Source: a virus
Reading direction: 5' to 3' (one strand)
Length of the DNA stretch: 64,000 bases
IMG/VR virus record: IMGVR_UViG_3300027821_000007
Location: 27,504-91,503 of that record
The translations under genes and the position numbers were made by a program. A model generated the notes under the pieces. It searched no databases, was not told the origin of the DNA, and saw only the letters and a program-made list of their open reading frames with translations. This document shows positions 19,451 to 29,401 of this stretch, in pieces (within the stretch, counting starts at the first letter, position 1; the number at the start of each line of letters is the position of its first letter).

Positions 19451-19828
19451 GTGATGAGTAACGCATCGCGGAGACGCGAGATGGGCGAACCGCCCGAGCT
19501 ACCGCTACCCCCCGACGCCGCCGATTTCGACCTGTTCAAGGTCGCCTGCCCGGCGCGCGAACTGGTGCGCATCCGCTACCTCCAGCGCCTGCCGGACGAC
19601 CCCGACCTGCCGGAGGAAATCCGCGAGCGCGGGCTCGAGACCATCGTCGAGGCCCACGCGATCTCTATCGACGAGAAGGGCATCACCTTCACCCCCACCG
19701 TGCTTGAGCCGGAAAGCGAGAACGCCGAGGCGATGCAGAAGATCGCCGAACGCTTCGTGGCCCGTAAGCGGGTGCTGGAAATCCGTCGCATCGGCGAAGG
19801 CACGCCAGTCGTCGAGCACCGCAGGTGA
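19451..19828 (+). CDS. hypothetical protein
   Basis: SD AGGAG; phage-like codon usage. Confidence 0.6.
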   Translation: MMSNASRRREMGEPPELPLPPDAADFDLFKVACPARELVRIRYLQRLPDDPDLPEEIRERGLETIVEAHAISIDEKGITFTPTVLEPESENAEAMQKIAERFVARKRVLEIRRIGEGTPVVEHRR

Positions 19829-20157
19829 CCGACCCGGTCATCATCGGCAAGTGGCACGCGTTGGTACATCAATGCGATGCCAAGGTTGCCGCGTGCATGG
19901 CCGATCCGCAGAACGCCGCCCTCGAGGGGATAGCCCCGGCCTACGAGGGCGGCGCCTCTGAATTCGTCACCTTCGGCGGCTATCGCGACAAGCAGGTGCA
20001 GAACGACACCGCGGCGTGGTTGCGCGCGGTGGCCCGCGAACTGATCGACGACAGCATCTGGAACTACAAAGTCGTGGAAGCGATGGGCGGAACGGCCTAT
20101 CTCGCGCTGATATCCGTCAACGAAACCGGCTACCGGTTCGGAGAGGATGATGAGTAG
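19825..20157 (+). CDS. hypothetical protein
   Basis: GTGA coupling. Confidence 0.6.
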   Translation: MTDPVIIGKWHALVHQCDAKVAACMADPQNAALEGIAPAYEGGASEFVTFGGYRDKQVQNDTAAWLRAVARELIDDSIWNYKVVEAMGGTAYLALISVNETGYRFGEDDE

Positions 20158-20458
20158 CGAGCATGGCAAGGATCCGCTGGGGCATTTGCGCTCGATGTTC
20201 GAGGTCGGCCGGCGGCGCCAATACGCCCGCGGGGAATTCGCCAAACGCCAGCAGATAGGGCTCACGCCGGGCTGGATCACCTGCGGTTTCTGCAGCGGGC
20301 AGACGATTTATAGCCGGTTGGAATGGCGACAGCATCTGAGCTGCCTCATGTGCGGCGGCCAGATGATTGCCCAGATCACCACCGAGGACGACAAATTTCA
20401 GTTGGTCCTCTATCCGGTGGTACGCGGGCCGCCCTATCGTGAGTGGAGCGTCGAATAA
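20147..20458 (+). CDS. zinc-ribbon hypothetical protein
   Basis: CGFC and CLMC pairs; SD GGAGAGG. Confidence 0.6.
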   Translation: MMSSEHGKDPLGHLRSMFEVGRRRQYARGEFAKRQQIGLTPGWITCGFCSGQTIYSRLEWRQHLSCLMCGGQMIAQITTEDDKFQLVLYPVVRGPPYREWSVE

Positions 20459-20461
20459 TTT

Positions 20462-21010
20462 ATGAGCAAAAACAACACTCCGGCTGATCCGGTTCCACCC
20501 GATGCGGAATGGCGCGTTGTGGAATGGAACGACAATTATGGTGTGAGTGAGTATGGACACCTTCGTCGTGAGCGCGACGGATCAAATAGCAAGGCCGGCA
20601 AGATCATTAAGCCCCGATGGAACGGACGGTATTTTCAATACGGGCTTCAGCGAAATTGTGAAAAGCGATACGTCACTGCGCATGTTTTGGTTTGTGAAGC
20701 CTTTCATGGACCGCGACCAAGTCGCTTTCATCAGACGGCTCATTGGGATGGAAACAGTCGCAACTGCCACAAAGGCAATCTTCGATGGGCAACGGCGCTC
20801 GAAAATTCTGATGATCGCGATCGGCACGGCCGCATACCACGAGGAACTGATCATCCCTTGTACCGAAGCAACCTCACGGAACAGAAGATCCGAGAAATCT
20901 GCTCATCTACTGACAGCCAACGAACGCTTGCGCGCAGGTATGGCGTTGGACAACCAATGATCTGGTCAATCCGCGCTGGAAGAATTTGGAAGCACGTGCC
21001 TCGGTGTTGA
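20462..21010 (+). CDS. NUMOD4-HNH homing-endonuclease-like protein
   Basis: EWRVV..YGVSEYG (NUMOD4), AHVLVCEAFHGPRP, HWDGNSRNCHKGNLRWAT..EN (HNH_3), C-terminal HTH; visibly lower GC. Confidence 0.85.
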   Translation: MSKNNTPADPVPPDAEWRVVEWNDNYGVSEYGHLRRERDGSNSKAGKIIKPRWNGRYFQYGLQRNCEKRYVTAHVLVCEAFHGPRPSRFHQTAHWDGNSRNCHKGNLRWATALENSDDRDRHGRIPRGTDHPLYRSNLTEQKIREICSSTDSQRTLARRYGVGQPMIWSIRAGRIWKHVPRC

Positions 21011-21321
21011 TTGAGAAGCCGGCTCGACCACGTTCGCGAGATCATCTCGTCTTCGTCTGCACTCTGCGATGCATCGTCTGTGGTGCCGCCCCACCTTCCG
21101 ATCCGCATCATCTGAAATTCATGCAGCCTCGGGCAAGGGGGCTGAAATCCGGCGATTGTTGGGTTATTCCAATCTGTCGCCGCTGCCACGACGCGGTGGA
21201 GAATGCGGGCAACGAACTGGCGTGGTGGGAGCGCCTGGGGATCGACCCGGTGCCGCTGGCCAACGAGCTCTGGATGGTCTCGCGGGCGCAACTGGCAAGG
21301 CAAAAATGGCCATATCCTTGA
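21004..21321 (+). CDS. DUF968/Ref-like HNH nuclease
   Basis: HL.FV..L.CIVCG...DPHH...KSGDCWVIPICRRCH...E.AWW...GIDP; start uncertain (21004/21007). Confidence 0.75.
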   Translation: MLIEKPARPRSRDHLVFVCTLRCIVCGAAPPSDPHHLKFMQPRARGLKSGDCWVIPICRRCHDAVENAGNELAWWERLGIDPVPLANELWMVSRAQLARQKWPYP

Positions 21322-21379
21322 AATAAACGAACATCGCTGCCTATGGTCGCGGACATAGCCGCTTCCTGGAGCAGAGCTG

Positions 21380-21661
21380 ATGCCCGATCCGCTTTATTCA
21401 GACCGCTGGACCCAGATGTTCGTGGTGACGCCCTCGGCCGGGCCGATCACCGGGCCCAACCTGCCACAACGCGTCGCCCCGGCCGGCAACATCACCTGGA
21501 TCTCCGGGTTCATGGTCGACGCCACCGGCACCATCACCTTCGAGCCCAAGGAAAGCTCCTCGGTGATCACTCTGGCGGTGACCGCCGGGGTCAAATACGA
21601 CATTGCCTGCAAGCGCGTGATCGCGATCACCGGCGCCACCACCGTCTTCGGCGCCCGTTAA
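21380..21661 (+). CDS. small head decoration protein (resembles GTA head-spike base protein)
   Basis: VVTPS...F.V.ATGTITF...ITL.V.AG..YDI..KRV.A.T pattern; directly upstream of portal. Confidence 0.5.
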   Translation: MPDPLYSDRWTQMFVVTPSAGPITGPNLPQRVAPAGNITWISGFMVDATGTITFEPKESSSVITLAVTAGVKYDIACKRVIAITGATTVFGAR

Positions 21662-23440
21662 GTGGCGCTCACGCCTAGTTCCTGGAACATGCCGCACCGG
21701 CCGATGAACCTGCCGGGAATGAACCGCGACAACGCCCCATCAACCCCGGTCGAGGCGGGACTGATACAGCGGATTTCCGGGCAGATGCGAACCTGGTTGG
21801 GGATGGGGCAGGCAGGGTCTACGGAACTGCCGTTCTTTCCGCCGGGCCGGCCGCTCGATCCCGTGGCGCCCGGGGCGGGTGGTCGGCGTTTCGATTACCC
21901 CACTTCGTACAATACTATCTATACGCCGCGCTCCTTCGAGCCGATCAACTTCGAAAGCCTGCGCGCCATCGCCGACCCGGCCGTGGGCGGCTACGACCTG
22001 ATCCGCCTCGCCATCGAAACCCGCAAGGACCAGATCGGCAACCTCAAGAAGTCGATCATGCCGAAGAAGCAGGGCGATCAGGCGTCGCGGCCCAAGACCG
22101 ACGACCGCTGTCGCCAGCTCGAGGCCATTTTCGAGCGCCCCGACGGTGAGATCGGCTGGCAGCAATGGGTGTCGCAACTCGTCGAGGAACACCTGGTCAT
22201 CGATGCCGCGACCATCGTGCGCAAGAAGAACCGCGGCGGCGAGACGGTCGGCTTTGAGCTCATCGACGGCTCGATGATCAAGCCGCTGCTCAACTACGAC
22301 GGCCGCACCCCGCTCGACGGGCCAGCCTACCAACAGGTCATGAAGGGCATCGTCGCGGCCGAGTTCTCCAAGGAGGACATGATCTACGCGCCGCGCAACC
22401 GGCGGGTGAACAAGGTCTACGGCTGCAGCCCGGTTGAGCAGGTGCTGGTCACCGCGAATATCGGCCTGCGGCGTCAGGCGCAGCAACTCGCCTACTTCAC
22501 CGACGGCACCATCCCCGACGCGGTGTGGCAGGTGCCTCCGACCTGGACCACGCAACAGATCGCCGAGTTCCAAGCCTATTGGGACACCATCGTCAACGAC
22601 GCGGTAACCCGGCGGAAGATGCGCTTTGCCCCGGGCGGCGTGACCCCGGTGATGACCCGCTCGCCCGAGGCGCTGGTCGACCAGTTTGACGAGTGGCTGG
22701 CGCGTATCATCGCCTTCTGCTTCTCGCTGCCGCCGACCCCGTTCGTTCGCCTGGTCAACCGCGCGACCGGCGAGACGATGTACGAACAGGCCCTGCAGGA
22801 GGGCCTCGCCCCACTTATGACGTGGATAAAGAGTCTCCTCGACTACATCATTGCCGATTGGTTCGGGTTTCCGGACATCGAGATGGTGTGGGACGATTTC
22901 AGAAAAGTCGACCCCGCGGAGAAGGAACAGCGCGACGTCGTCCTGGTCAACGAGGGCGCGATCTCGCTCGACGACATCCGCACCGAGCGCGGCATGGAAC
23001 CGCTCGGCGTGCCGCCCTTCGTGCGCGGCATCGGCCCGATGGGCTTCCTCTCGATCGAGGGCATCAAGAAGATCATCGCGAACGGCTGGGACGTCACCGG
23101 CCTGCCGCAGCCGACGATGCCGGGCCAGGAGATGGCCGGACTGGGCGGCGCGCCCGGCGAGGGCGACCCATCGGTCGACGAACTCGTGCAGGGCCTGCCG
23201 CCGGAGATCATCGAGGCGCTGGGGATCGCGCCGCAAACTCCGGCAAACGGCGCCGAAACTCCGGCAAATGGCCAAATGACGGGCGCCATGGTGGGCGCTG
23301 AAGGTCAAATGGTGGACGCTGCCGGATCGAATGTCGTGCCTTTCCATGAACATCCCGGCGTTAAAGCAGCCTTGGCGCACGGCGAGCAGATGGCGCACAA
23401 ACATGCGGCGCAGTTGAGGTCGGCAAAGCGCGGCAAATGA
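21662..23440 (+). CDS. portal protein
   Basis: LAIETRKDQI, LVIDAATI, IDGSMIKP, YGCSPVEQ, YFTDGTIP, FDEWLARIIAFCFSLPP, DDIRTERGMEPL. Confidence 0.9.
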   Translation: MALTPSSWNMPHRPMNLPGMNRDNAPSTPVEAGLIQRISGQMRTWLGMGQAGSTELPFFPPGRPLDPVAPGAGGRRFDYPTSYNTIYTPRSFEPINFESLRAIADPAVGGYDLIRLAIETRKDQIGNLKKSIMPKKQGDQASRPKTDDRCRQLEAIFERPDGEIGWQQWVSQLVEEHLVIDAATIVRKKNRGGETVGFELIDGSMIKPLLNYDGRTPLDGPAYQQVMKGIVAAEFSKEDMIYAPRNRRVNKVYGCSPVEQVLVTANIGLRRQAQQLAYFTDGTIPDAVWQVPPTWTTQQIAEFQAYWDTIVNDAVTRRKMRFAPGGVTPVMTRSPEALVDQFDEWLARIIAFCFSLPPTPFVRLVNRATGETMYEQALQEGLAPLMTWIKSLLDYIIADWFGFPDIEMVWDDFRKVDPAEKEQRDVVLVNEGAISLDDIRTERGMEPLGVPPFVRGIGPMGFLSIEGIKKIIANGWDVTGLPQPTMPGQEMAGLGGAPGEGDPSVDELVQGLPPEIIEALGIAPQTPANGAETPANGQMTGAMVGAEGQMVDAAGSNVVPFHEHPGVKAALAHGEQMAHKHAAQLRSAKRGK

Positions 23441-26400
23441 AAAAGCGGGAGCCTGACAAACCCGGTTGGGCGTCCAGGATTGCTGGGGCCGGGTTATTGG
23501 CGGGTGGTGGTATCGCGGCCGGCATGCTTATGCGAGGCAAAGGGGCGCGTATTGCCGGGGCGATGCGGCGCAGATTCCGTTCAACCGCCGCGTCTGCACC
23601 GCGGACAGCCTTCAAAACGCCACCCCCGGCAGCGGCGGCTCCGCGTCCCTCCGTGGCGCCCAAATCGGCCGCGCCTTCGCCGGCGCCGAAGCCACAGCAG
23701 TTTCACGGGCCGCCGCCCGCGCACGGTCCTGAACCCACCACCGACCTGGGGCAGCGCCGGAGAAAGGCGTTAAACAACTGGGTCAGCCACATCCACGATC
23801 ATGTCGGCAAGACCGTCAAGTTCAGGGACGACATCAACCAACTGCACCATTCAAAAGGGCAGATCATAGCCTCCCACGGCAAGGATGGCGGCGCGACCGA
23901 TGCGCATGTCGAGTGGGCGAAGAACATTGTCGAACCCATCGTGGCAGGCGAACCGATCGGATTGAAGAAACGCGACACCACCGGCTTGCTGTCGGCGGCC
24001 GAGCATCAGCAACGCGTCGCGGCCGCGCGCAGTCCCCGCCATCACGCCGAAACCGCGATCTCGGTACGCCAGGGCAGCACCGGAGCGCCGTCGAAGGCAG
24101 CGATCGGCCTGTTCCGGCAGGGTCAGCAACGCTCCGATACACGCGCCAGCCGCAGCGTCTGGGACACCCGCGGCACCGAGCAGGCGGTTGGCTCGATGAA
24201 CGCCCGCTTCAAGCTGCACCTGCCCCAGGCCTATCGCAGCACGCTGCCGGAATCGCTGCTGCCCTACCCGATGGGACGGCCTTTGCTGGCCGAAGCGTTG
24301 GCCGAGCCGCCGAAAAAGAAGGGCAAACAGAAGGTTGGGCCGCATCGTGACCTGACGATCGAGAACCCCAGCACCTTCACCGAAGCGATGCGCCATCCGC
24401 GCATGGTCGAGATCCTGCGCCGTTCGATTGGCGTGGTGCGCGATCACCAGAAAGGCGCGGTCGAATACGGTTACAAGAAAGGCCTTATCCCCAAAGGCAC
24501 GCCGCCGGGGCTGGCGGCACGGGCCTACAAGCATGCGGCGCTGATGGCGGTGCACAAGGTCGGGGTCGGCCACTACGACTTCGCCATGGACGCGACGATG
24601 CAGCGCGAACTCGAGCCGCTCCGGCTGTTCATGCAATACGCTCATCGCCGGGTATTCGACCGCCTGCACACCGAGAACCAGCCCGAGACGTTCGAGCCGT
24701 TCAAGCGCGAGTTCGGCAAGAAGTTCAGCAGCCGCAAGCACGGCAAGCTGACCGGCACCGAGCGTTACCGGATGTCGCCGAACAACGTTTTCATCAAGCG
24801 AGCGCCACTCACCCGTGTGCTGCGAATTGCCGGGCAGCATATTGGCGATCTGATCCGGCGGCCGACGGCGATCGGCAAAAAACCGTCATTTCCTGAGATC
24901 AAGCGAGATCTGTTGCGGGCCAATGCTTTGCGCAGGGAACGGCTGATCATCACCGATCCAAAGGGGCATGTAAGTCATCGCGTCACCGGAAGGCCGTATT
25001 CCACTCAGGTTAAAATGCCGATCAAAGGATTTCGTGATTTCCAAGGGTCAAACACATTTCACAACCATCCGACCAAAATCCCTCCAGGGGCATCAAGTGC
25101 TGACTATTCTTTTTCGATGGCTCTCGGTGCAACGCCTGAGAAGCCTCACACTATCATAACGCCCCATCATCGAGCGATCACACGCTACTTTTCCTCGCTT
25201 AAGCACGGAGTTGGTCTGAAAACGAGATACACTTCAGGCAAGGTTGAACAGCAGGGTGATTTCCCGCGGTCCCGAAAGGCGCCGCAACTCGGCAAGAAGA
25301 ACGAGGGTGCGATGCGCAAGGGTTGGACCAACGCCACAGGGGTCATCAACGCACCCGGTCGCGGCCCGACCGACCAGCCCGGCGACCAGCCGCCCGGCAA
25401 GATCCATCATGCCCGGCTGAAGCAGGCGATGAAGCATGGCCATGGCATACGGCTGTCGTTGAGCGGGCCGGTGCCCGAGCCACCGGGCGGTCTGCCGCCG
25501 CCGGCACATCCTGGGCTTCACGTGAAACACGCCGCACGCGAGGTCGAGCGGCATTTCGGGGTTGGCAAGATCAGCGGCGCCGCCGGGCTGCGTAAGGACT
25601 TCGACGATTTCATGCTGGCCGATCCCGGTTACTCGCCGGGGTTCAGCTACACCGACAACCCGGCCCTGCTGTTGCGCCGCTCGATGCGGCCGCGAATTCG
25701 CCGACGCCGCCAGGGATTGCGGCTGAACACCCAGAAGCACATGCGCCGCGCCTTGTCCGGCGGGATCACCCGCCACGAACGCTGGCTGTTGGGCGTCAAG
25801 CCGGCGCGGTGGGAAGCGTCCAAGAGTGGGGACTCTGCTGACGCCAGACTGCAGAAAGGCATCATCGGTTCGGCGATGAACTTCGGTGCGACCCACCTGA
25901 AGCCGTTGTTGGGCCAGATCAGCGGCGCGGCCACGCGCGCGAAGGGCGCGATCGGCAGCGGCTTCAAGCGTGCCGGATCGGCGATCGCGGGCAGCCGTGG
26001 CGGCCAAGCTATCGCCGGAAAGGCGAAGCAGTTGGCGGCCACGCCAAGAGGTCAGCGCATCGTCGGCAGCTCGCGCGTTCAAGCGTTGCACCACGAAGCC
26101 AAAGCCTTCCGTGGTGGCGGGTTTCGCGAGGGCGTCATGGCGAATGTTGGCGGGTTTACCGGGGCGGCGCTTGGTGGCCATCGTGGCGCCAAGCTCGGGC
26201 GCACCGTGGGTTTCGCTGCCGAATACGCGCCGTATGCCTATGCTGGAGCCAAAGCCGCGCAGCACTTCATGGGTGGCAAGGATAAGGAAAAGGCGGTGGA
26301 GAAGATCTCGCCGCGGATGATGTTCGGGGCCGGGGTTGCCGCGGTCGCGGCCCGACGGGCGGCAGCCAAGCTTGCGACCCATCCGCGCGTTGCTCCGGTC

Positions 26401-26826
26401 GTGAACGAACTGCGCGCGCAAGGCACCATGAAAACCCCGCTCTGGCGCCTGGGACGTCTTACCGGCGCGGCCATTGCTGGCGAGAAGGGTGCCAGGATCG
26501 GCGGCCATGTCGGGCGGACGCTTGAAATCGCTCCGATTGTCGCCGGCGGCACGCACATCCTGATCAACCGCAAGAAGCGCCAGCAGGAAACGAAGAAGCA
26601 GATCGACCGCCTGAAGGCGATGCCCGGCCAGTTAGTGATGGGCAAGAACAGTCCGGCCCGCGATATCTATACCAGCGACCTCAACGAGACCGTGCGGGCA
26701 CATCTGCGCTCGATTTCCGGCGGCGGCTATTCGCCGCACCAGCTCGCCCAGGTCAGAGCAATCCTGGCCGCAAGTAGACGTCACACCCAGTCTCGGGCAC
26801 AACCCGCGGCACAACAGAGCCAATAG
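23437..26826 (+). CDS. modular basic head-associated polyprotein (1129 aa) with a JAB-like and glycine-zipper modules
   Basis: ATGA coupling to portal; very basic; modules bounded by L/M/V-x-K sites; HNHP..SxxD at 25060-25104. Confidence 0.7.
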   Translation: MKKREPDKPGWASRIAGAGLLAGGGIAAGMLMRGKGARIAGAMRRRFRSTAASAPRTAFKTPPPAAAAPRPSVAPKSAAPSPAPKPQQFHGPPPAHGPEPTTDLGQRRRKALNNWVSHIHDHVGKTVKFRDDINQLHHSKGQIIASHGKDGGATDAHVEWAKNIVEPIVAGEPIGLKKRDTTGLLSAAEHQQRVAAARSPRHHAETAISVRQGSTGAPSKAAIGLFRQGQQRSDTRASRSVWDTRGTEQAVGSMNARFKLHLPQAYRSTLPESLLPYPMGRPLLAEALAEPPKKKGKQKVGPHRDLTIENPSTFTEAMRHPRMVEILRRSIGVVRDHQKGAVEYGYKKGLIPKGTPPGLAARAYKHAALMAVHKVGVGHYDFAMDATMQRELEPLRLFMQYAHRRVFDRLHTENQPETFEPFKREFGKKFSSRKHGKLTGTERYRMSPNNVFIKRAPLTRVLRIAGQHIGDLIRRPTAIGKKPSFPEIKRDLLRANALRRERLIITDPKGHVSHRVTGRPYSTQVKMPIKGFRDFQGSNTFHNHPTKIPPGASSADYSFSMALGATPEKPHTIITPHHRAITRYFSSLKHGVGLKTRYTSGKVEQQGDFPRSRKAPQLGKKNEGAMRKGWTNATGVINAPGRGPTDQPGDQPPGKIHHARLKQAMKHGHGIRLSLSGPVPEPPGGLPPPAHPGLHVKHAAREVERHFGVGKISGAAGLRKDFDDFMLADPGYSPGFSYTDNPALLLRRSMRPRIRRRRQGLRLNTQKHMRRALSGGITRHERWLLGVKPARWEASKSGDSADARLQKGIIGSAMNFGATHLKPLLGQISGAATRAKGAIGSGFKRAGSAIAGSRGGQAIAGKAKQLAATPRGQRIVGSSRVQALHHEAKAFRGGGFREGVMANVGGFTGAALGGHRGAKLGRTVGFAAEYAPYAYAGAKAAQHFMGGKDKEKAVEKISPRMMFGAGVAAVAARRAAAKLATHPRVAPVVNELRAQGTMKTPLWRLGRLTGAAIAGEKGARIGGHVGRTLEIAPIVAGGTHILINRKKRQQETKKQIDRLKAMPGQLVMGKNSPARDIYTSDLNETVRAHLRSISGGGYSPHQLAQVRAILAASRRHTQSRAQPAAQQSQ

Positions 26827-26835
26827 GAGGATTAA

Positions 26836-27360
26836 ATGCCGACCGCCATGTTGATCGCGCCTTCCCCCGGATCGTCCTTCCTTTCCCGCAATGGCCACAC
26901 CTATACCGCCGACAATCGCGGGGTGATCCGCGACGTGCCGTTCGGCACCGAAGTGCAGGATCTGCAGTCCAGCGGCTGCAACCTGGTGCAGGCCGGCCGC
27001 TATCCGATGATGGCAATCAACGCTGACCTGAACACGCTCGAGGACCAGCGCTTCGACACCTCGCTGATCGGCAGCGGGTTGTTCCTCCCCGACAAGGTCG
27101 TGGCGTCGGGCGCCAGCATGCCGCTGACCGCCGCGGCCGGCAGCATCTACACTCGGAACAACAAGGAAGGCGACAAGATCGCCTCGCTGACGTTCTCGGC
27201 GCTGGACGGCACGACCGAACCGCAGGCGGTCGTGGTCCTCCTCGACCCGACGGTGGCCGGCAAGGTTCAGCACGGCGATCTGTGGTTCACGATGGATACG
27301 GTGCAGGGCGAGCCCGCCACCTGCACGATCTTCGTCTACGGGGATCTCGTCGCGGTCTGA
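26836..27360 (+). CDS. hypothetical virion protein
   Basis: SD AGGAGG; beta-rich C-terminus ending IFVYGD. Confidence 0.65.
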   Translation: MPTAMLIAPSPGSSFLSRNGHTYTADNRGVIRDVPFGTEVQDLQSSGCNLVQAGRYPMMAINADLNTLEDQRFDTSLIGSGLFLPDKVVASGASMPLTAAAGSIYTRNNKEGDKIASLTFSALDGTTEPQAVVVLLDPTVAGKVQHGDLWFTMDTVQGEPATCTIFVYGDLVAV

Positions 27361-27383
27361 CCTAACCCAAAGGAGCCCATGCC

Positions 27384-28178
27384 ATGAGCGGCGTCCTACC
27401 TCCAGTCAATGTCGACGTCCCCTACGCGTCCCAGAATGGCAATGTGTTGAATTGCACAATGGGCAACTGGCAAAACGAACCGACCGCATACTCTTATCAA
27501 TGGAATGACGGGACAGCGGATGTCGGCACTGACACTGCCGACTTCCCCATCTATCCGGCATACGTGGGCAGGACCTTCACCTGCGTCGTGACCGCGACGA
27601 ATGCCGGCGGCTCGACAGTGGCGCCGCCGTCCAACGGCGTTGAAGTCGTCGGTTCGGAGCCTCCCACCCAGGAGGATATCGATCGCGTGTTCAGGGCGGT
27701 GCGAGCGCAAAGCACGTTCCTGGAAACCCGCGAAAACTGGATCGAGCAATGCGAGCACTACAGCGTCTCGCTCAATGAAGCTTTGATCTTCTGCACCGGA
27801 CCGGAACCCGAGACGCATCTTGCCGAGATCGGCGAACGGCTCGACTGGGCGATCGACCACGTCGGCGAACTGCGCGCCGAAGTGGCGGCGGTAGAACCGC
27901 CGGCGCCGGCGGAACCATCGGGAACGCCGCCCGCGTCGTTGACCCAGCAGGAGGTCGATGCCGCGGAACGGATCGCCAACGCACTGCGCATGCTGGCCGA
28001 GTTGCAGGGCAACGTGCTCCGGCAATGCGACCAGATTACCGTGACACTGCAGGTCGCCAAGCAGTGGAGTATCGAAGAGGACGCCGCCGAGCATGTACCC
28101 GCGATAACCAACGGGGTGCATGGCAGCATCGAGCAAACCGCCCGGCTACGCAGCATGCTGGGATCAACCCAAACCTGA
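27384..28178 (+). CDS. Ig-like domain protein plus duplicated helical domain
   Basis: PPVN...LNCTMGNW...YSYQW...GRTFTCVVTATNAGGS Ig-like signature. Confidence 0.7.
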   Translation: MSGVLPPVNVDVPYASQNGNVLNCTMGNWQNEPTAYSYQWNDGTADVGTDTADFPIYPAYVGRTFTCVVTATNAGGSTVAPPSNGVEVVGSEPPTQEDIDRVFRAVRAQSTFLETRENWIEQCEHYSVSLNEALIFCTGPEPETHLAEIGERLDWAIDHVGELRAEVAAVEPPAPAEPSGTPPASLTQQEVDAAERIANALRMLAELQGNVLRQCDQITVTLQVAKQWSIEEDAAEHVPAITNGVHGSIEQTARLRSMLGSTQT

Positions 28179-28240
28179 TGTCTGACAGGCGACGGACAGG
28201 CGGCAGCCGCCGCCGGTTCGGCCCTTGGAGAGAGAATTCT

Positions 28241-28657
28241 ATGAGTGACGCGAAACCCATTCCGCCCGCCCGCGTGGCCGCGCAGGCCGGCGACAAGAGC
28301 TACGTGCCGGACTGGGATCCGGGGCAGAACGCGCTAACGGGCCAGCCGCCCCAGGTGGTGCCGGTGATGAACCGTCCGCTTGATGTCGGCGCGCCAGTGA
28401 TGGTCGAGGGACTGACCATCCGGCCAGCCAAGCTGATGGACGCGCCCGAAGCGCGCAACACCATGTCGCGGATAATCAACGACATGCTGGTGTGGATCGA
28501 GGATTTCCCGCACGACCTGGTGGGCGAGGGCGCGCATGTGCTGAAGGTGTTTCAGGACCTCAAGGCGCGCCGCTTTGCTCGCGTGATGGCGGCGCAGCAC
28601 GACCAGGACATTGAGCCGGACGCGATCGACAAGGCGCGGTTCAAGCCCGGTCCATGA
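28241..28657 (+). CDS. hypothetical protein
   Basis: SD GGAGAG before ATG 28241. Confidence 0.6.
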   Translation: MSDAKPIPPARVAAQAGDKSYVPDWDPGQNALTGQPPQVVPVMNRPLDVGAPVMVEGLTIRPAKLMDAPEARNTMSRIINDMLVWIEDFPHDLVGEGAHVLKVFQDLKARRFARVMAAQHDQDIEPDAIDKARFKPGP

Positions 28658-29172
28658 TCCTTCCCACGCCGTTTCCGAAGCCGCCGGACCCTCCCGACCC
28701 GCCGGTGCCGCCGGCGCCGCCCGAGATCCCGCAAATTCCCGGCGGCTTGCCGTCGCTGCTCTACTATCCGCCACCGATCAGCCCGAAGCCCGACGCGGTG
28801 CGCGGCCATCTGTTCGAGAAGCCGCGCTGGACTATCGCGGAGATCGGCCGGCCGGAGCGGCGGGCGCCCGATCAACGCGTTGGCGACGAACCGGTGCAAT
28901 GGGGTGCCGTTCCCCAGGCGAAACCGCCGCCGACATTTTCCTGGCAGTGTCCCGAATGCCTGATCGGGCACTGGGAAAGCGCGGTGATCAAGCGCAGCAC
29001 GTACAAGAGCACGATGCCGGTGGCGACGTTCTACGACAAGGCGAACACCCTGCATGTCCACGACCCCAACCTGCTGACCACGTGGTTCACCTGCACCCGC
29101 GCGCACATCTGGTCCATTCAGGAAACCCTTACCTGCCCGAACCTGAGCTGCATCTGGCCGACCGTTGTATAG
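28654..29172 (+). CDS. Pro-rich protein with C-terminal zinc-binding motifs
   Basis: ATGA coupling; CPEC, CTRAH, CPNLSC. Confidence 0.6.
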   Translation: MILPTPFPKPPDPPDPPVPPAPPEIPQIPGGLPSLLYYPPPISPKPDAVRGHLFEKPRWTIAEIGRPERRAPDQRVGDEPVQWGAVPQAKPPPTFSWQCPECLIGHWESAVIKRSTYKSTMPVATFYDKANTLHVHDPNLLTTWFTCTRAHIWSIQETLTCPNLSCIWPTVV

Positions 29173-29184
29173 GAGGCCTTCACC

Positions 29185-29352
29185 ATGCTGATCTTGCTGA
29201 TCGTGCTGCTCGTGCTGCTGCTCGCCGGAGGCGGATGGGGCTACAATGCCGGGCATGTCGCCTGGGGCAACCCTCTGGGCATCATCCTCTTCATCCTGCT
29301 GATCATGGTCATCTTCGGCCTGGTCGGCGGCCCGCGCTTTGGCTGGTACTAG
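29185..29352 (+). CDS. 55-aa two-TM protein, DUF3309-like
   Basis: SD AGGAGG; MLILLIVLLVLLLAGGGWGY...GNPLGIILFILLIMVIFG; absent from the ORF track. Confidence 0.75.
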   Translation: MLILLIVLLVLLLAGGGWGYNAGHVAWGNPLGIILFILLIMVIFGLVGGPRFGWY

Positions 29353-29401
29353 TAAATAAACCCTTGCCGGTGTGCTGAATTCATGCGGGCATGGGCCCGT
29401 C

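Noticed and set aside
20462-21010. HNH gene as part of a group I intron or intein
   Set aside because: Flanking ORFs appear complete and no splice elements were recognisable; treated as free-standing.
21318-21350. TTGAAAT-containing candidate late promoter (also near 44988)
   Set aside because: Only two short matches and no consistent -10 element; insufficient support.
23235-23273. Short tandem duplication (TPANGAETPANG) in the portal tail
   Set aside because: Small slippage duplication in a disordered C-terminus with no evidence of function.
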